Below the pieces are notes generated by a model. The model saw nothing but the letters and a program-made list of their open reading frames with translations, did not search any database and was not told the DNA's origin. A stretch of DNA of 64,000 nucleotides. It comes from Klebsormidium nitens. Lineage: Eukaryota > Plantae > Klebsormidiophyceae. This document shows positions 59,388 through 64,000 of the stretch, in pieces. A program made the position numbers and the translations under genes. The stretch spans positions 1 through 64,000 of the forward strand of contig DF237230.1 of the NCBI GenBank assembly GCA_000708835.1, read 5' to 3'. Within the stretch, counting starts at the first letter, position 1; each line of letters begins with the position of its first letter.

Positions 59388-59954
59388 AAGTCTCCGCAGC
59401 GCGCGCCGCCGCAGGCTGGGTCAATTTGTCATCATTAAGCCTATAGCAGGCCATGATGAGAAGCACTTGTGCCGCCATCTAGGCACGGGTGTGCATCCTT
59501 CACTGACGCCACATAAATCACAACAGTCTGGTCAAAGCAAGCTGGTGTCAATTTTTTAAATGCTGTGATTGACGGCGTTGCGCCTGCTTCATTAAAGCTC
59601 AGGTCACCAAAATATGGGAGGCTGTCGCCAGGGTCAATTCATCAAGCTTCCACCATCGTGCTTCCGCGTCAAAACTTCTAACGTTTGTTTTTATCGGCGA
59701 CTGTTCCATTTTGCTTTCGAGACTGCTAGTAGGGCGTTGCCGCGCAAGGAGGGATGTTTCTTGCCAAAGTGGCCATTGCTAAGTCACCTTTGCTTGATTA
59801 GTTCAGCTTCTCAACCCCAAATCAAAATGGGGACGCGACCTCACAAGGTCAACTCGGGACTCCTTGGTTCTGAGGTCATGGTCTAAACGTTGTACTTTGT
59901 AAGCTGAACGTTCCGATCACTGCAAATCCGTGCGAACAATTGATGTGCGCTTTG

Positions 59955-61222
59955 TTCCCGTCACAAGCGCAAGTAGCCACTGTGGGTTAAACCTGCATCT
60001 CGTAGGCGGGTGACGTGGGGGTTGTGCTGCTATGTTCAAGTATGATGGGCGCGCTCTTTTTGCGCAAATCTTTGTATCCAACTTGGTGACCTCAGTCTTG
60101 TGAGCGGCTAGGACGAGCGTCCGACTGAGGTTTTAAGCTCATAGATGGATGCGGAGGTTCCGACGCCGCTGCCTTAGAAGCGTAGGAGCGCAAAGTATAG
60201 TCTTTGAGATAAGTGTCTACGGCTTCTACCTTAGGTATTGTGCGCGCAGGTCCTTCCAGTACAGATTTCATTTTTTGTTTGGATGACGCGTCTTTCTCTT
60301 GCTAATTGATATTGCGCTGTTGACCAGAAGCGCGGGACCAACAACAAGCCATTTTCACGAGGACTTGGGCTGATGGCCTGATGGAAATGTCAGCAGTTCG
60401 AATGTGTGCATAAGCGGTTATTTGGCCCAGGGTTGTGGTCCCAACTCAAAGGCTGAGATAGGATTTCTGTCGTTCAATCTTGCTCTTTGCAGACTTGGCT
60501 AGGACAAGACTGTTGCGCCGCTGCGCACTTCCATTTTGGGGTGACGCGCTGAAGCCACGTCAACACTAACCTACTTTGTGGTTGTTCTTCCTTAAGCCAC
60601 GACTTGCACCGTTTGCATCCGATTGAGGGACAGCGCTCTTCCAATACGCGGTAAAAACTTCAAGCAGCGGTCCCTGTCGTCGTACAAAAGACGGCAGTGC
60701 CAGCATGTTCCTTAACTCATCTGCTGCGATGGCCAAGATGAGAAGCGTAGCTGGCTGCTCCACAGTCATATTTGCGCTCGAACAGAAGCCGGTCTTCACT
60801 TCTTTTTGAGAGTTGCAAATGGGAAGCGCTTGGGCTAGAGTCGTCGAAGTCAAGTTCCCTTTCTAAGCGTGGGTTTATGAGACTGGCTGGTACTGCAGTC
60901 CATCTCTGCCAGCTTCGAGCTCTTGTTTCTGCTTTTGCGTTAAGACGAGCCATGCTTCTTTTCATGCTTCTTTTCATGCTGTAATCCAAGGTCCCTGCTA
61001 TCGGTGCCCTGTATGTATCTGTGTTTCAGGGGTCCCAGGCTTGCAGGGTTTCGGGACTCTTATGACTCAGGATTCAGGATGGGTTAGGATCTGGTTGAAT
61101 ATGCATCTCGCACAACACGCCTCTTGCTGGCAAGGACGAAAACGCAACTGAGGGCGCCCCTCAGAGGGCTGCAACTTTTCAGGAAGGCCGCCTCCAGCAC
61201 TTTGTCGACATCAAAGCTGTCC
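59955..61222. repeat. Copy B of the decayed direct duplication
   Basis: Colinear with 58135-59387, near-identical over the first ~500 bp and more diverged after. A third remnant (actaggacgagcgtt) lies at ~62770. Confidence 0.9.
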
Positions 61223-64000
61223 ACCTTTCAAGTGGGTCAGCAATCTTTTCCTCCCCATTCTCCCGGCTCGTCGTGCGGACTCGGCCTAGTGCATCCTGTT
61301 TTCCAATCCTAGCAACATAAAAACCAGAAATGTCTCAGTTGTAACCGTCCAGATTAGGCTATGTCCTGTCCTGAGCATGAGCACGCCGCTCTGCTTTTTC
61401 GGTTTTCACTAGCATTTATGAGACCTTCACCAGATCAACGAACCAGTCGTGATGACTTTGAATACTTTAGAATACTCGTTTGCCCGTTTACGGAAGCGGC
61501 TGGGATGAGGTGCTGTCTGAGGACGCTCTTTCTCATGAGGAGTGACTGTCTCTGAAGCCGCTCATAAACGCCCGCGATTTGTCCTTTTTCAAGATATGAT
61601 TCGATGCATCCGCAATGAGTCCGTCTAGGATTTTCGGTGACGAGCTTCAGTTCTCGTTCTCCGTGTTCAAGATACAAAACTTTGCAGAGATCAATTGAGT
61701 AAGCTCGTTGTTGACTGGTTTCTGGAGCTTGCACGTGTGCCACTCCATCAGGGTTTTGCATGTTTGCCTCTTTACTGCCTCTTCTTTTTATAGGGGGCCA
61801 GGACGAGAAAAGTTGAGAGTCTTTCGCATGGTCAAACTCATGTCCTCTGAAGCTGCCCAAAACGAGCACATCTTAGGAGAGTCAGACAGAGCAGTACACC
61901 AATGGCTGATAAGAGGCGCAGCGTTCCCTTTGTTTTATACTAGTTCACCAAGCTGTAATTCGAAAACAGCTCCAAACTCAATACAAAACCACTGGCTTCT
62001 GTAGAAAGCCTCCTTGGTGTACGAACGCTTGCTCCCAGTTATTGCCTCTGGCTGGCGTCTCCCAATTTCACATCTTCAGTGTCCTGTATAGACCTCAAGG
62101 TTGTAAGTTGTTAGTCTTTCAGCGTAAGGGTCGGCAAGGACGAGAGAATACTGAGGATTGCTCGCTACCTCAGAAGGTGTCAGTAGCGGAAGCCCGCCGC
62201 TGATTCCCGTCAAGGCAGCACGCTTTTTGTGCTGGTTACACGTGTCGACACTGCAGTTGTCCGCTTTTTGATCAATGATAGCTTTTTCTCCCCGTTGTTT
62301 GTGCTTTCCGTGTTCCTTGGACCCGTTTTGATTGCAGCCCTTCCTCGGCCCTACCACATGATGGTCAGTTGTATGTCTACACACAAATTCATGTCAAAGC
62401 ACACCCTGATCGGGATCCTGAAGAAGAGCGGTTCTGTTTCGATCTTTACAACTGGTCATTCCACTTGCGGATGAATGCTTGAGACCGGTTAAAGTAAGAG
62501 TGTCAATGACGCATAATGGGGCTCCTTGGTTTGAGGTCTTGACACCACCTAAGCGCAAAGCGGAACGTTAAGTCGACGCTCAAATTCCTGCGAGTAAGTC
62601 TGCTTATGTCCGTTGCTTCCTCCTAAACCACAACTAGGCACTTCAAGAAGAAAGACGACATCTGTGAAACAATTGATGTTGGTTGGTGCTAGTCTTTGAG
62701 TATTGATACGCAAAGGTCACTTTCCAGTCGTCCGAAGCTTTCGAGGGGAAACTTGGTGCCCCCAATTGAATGAGCGACTAGGACGAGCGTTCGAGTGGGG
62801 TCACGACCTCATCTGATCGTTTGTGGTAGGGACCCGACGCCGCTGGCTAAGAACCATGAAAGCCGCGATTTTTGCCTTTTGGTTCCGCTGCGAGACGCCG
62901 TTCGAGTGGATAAGCAAGCAAACGATTTCCGGGCGCCGCTGATGTAAGCTCCAGCATTGGCTATCACGAAAGCATTGCAGCGCCTCTTGGCAGAGGCTGT
63001 AGTATGTCTCTGAAGCTACGTCTGCGCCAGTTAACTGTGTTGGTTGTTGTGTCTGAAAACACGTCTCTGCTGTACGCATTCGGTCAAGGTGCAGCAAATG
63101 TGTTGTCCAGCTTAAACCCTGTGCGCAAACGCCCAAGTGGTGACCCTCATACTTACAAAAGTCTTCCGCCACACACGTTATACGTTTGCTCTCAGGCTTT
63201 TTAGAAGTCATCTGCTACGGGCTGCTATGATGAGCAGCGCTGTGGGACTACTCCCACGCCCTACCGTCTGGACCGAAGCCGTTCTTTACTTTTCCCATCT
63301 TGCGTTTGTTTCTCTGTGAACTGAGTTTCCCACGGTTAGCTCTACTTGAGCGCTTGGTCGTCAAACTGGCCGATCCGCAATCCGGCAGCTTTGGGGCTTT
63401 CGCATGAGCCTGTCGGAACGAGCCATCCTTGTTCTCATGCTGTGACGCAACATTCTCGTTGTTCGACGCCCCGATGTGGCTCTGTTTCAGAATCTCAAGA
63501 ATTATCAGATTTTGGGTTCCGGAGTTTTGCGATCACTAGTAACCGATCTGGATCTGGATTCAGAATGCATCTCTAGACTAGCTTTGCTGGCTCTGCATCA
63601 ACGGAATGCGGTCGTTCCTCACGCTTGCAGTGAACCACGAAGCCCGCCTTTATCCTTGGCAAGGCGCATGCGCTCAAAAGTCGACACTGCAACAGTCTCC
63701 CTTTTTAGTATGTTTTCGTTGCTTTCTCGGCTTCTAAATTCCGCATCCTTTGCCGAAGCGAACCGATCTAAAACTCCTTAGCTGTTTTTCTTACCAATCA
63801 TTGTATGTCAGAATGTTACCTATCTTGGGCCTGAGCAAGCTTTGAACAGTCCTCTCCTTTCTTTGGCTTTCGCTTCCGGTTGCCTCCACGAACGAAGGAG
63901 ACGGAAGCGATACAATCAAGTAAACCCTACACAGAGTCAGTCGTTCGCCCGGCAAAAGCGGCTAGGATGAAGTGCTCCCTGAGGTTGTCCGTCCTCATGA

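Overview
Intron-rich eukaryotic nuclear DNA with GC-rich exons. The gene content (plant-type CDCA7, aminopeptidase P with a transit peptide) suggests a green or streptophyte alga, possibly Klebsormidium-like; this is an inference. All models were assembled by hand from splice sites and checked for frame continuity. Genes from left to right: 3' exons of an unknown gene (+), a 14-exon TBC/Rab-GAP gene (+, 4.5-14.8 kb), a two-domain GNAT acetyltransferase (-, 5' end not found), a Gag-only retroelement-like insertion with an intact 1288-codon ORF and an extra upstream ORF (-, 20.4-26.3 kb), a Cys-rich protein gene (+) interrupted by a ~1 kb TIR element carrying three CArG palindromes and a tRNA-like Pol III promoter, a DUF4419 gene (-), a DUF1772/anthrone-oxygenase-like gene (-), a CDCA7-like zf-4CXXC_R1 gene (-), and, head-to-head with it, an aminopeptidase P gene (+). 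The last aminopeptidase exons are not found in the remaining 10.7 kb, which holds decayed ~1.8 kb duplications. The most striking unexplained pattern is about eleven exon boundaries in five genes that are echoed by decayed tandem copies, mostly 125-177 bp apart (roughly nucleosome or Okazaki-fragment size), extending into the neighbouring non-coding DNA. Family assignments come from recalled motifs, not database searches.
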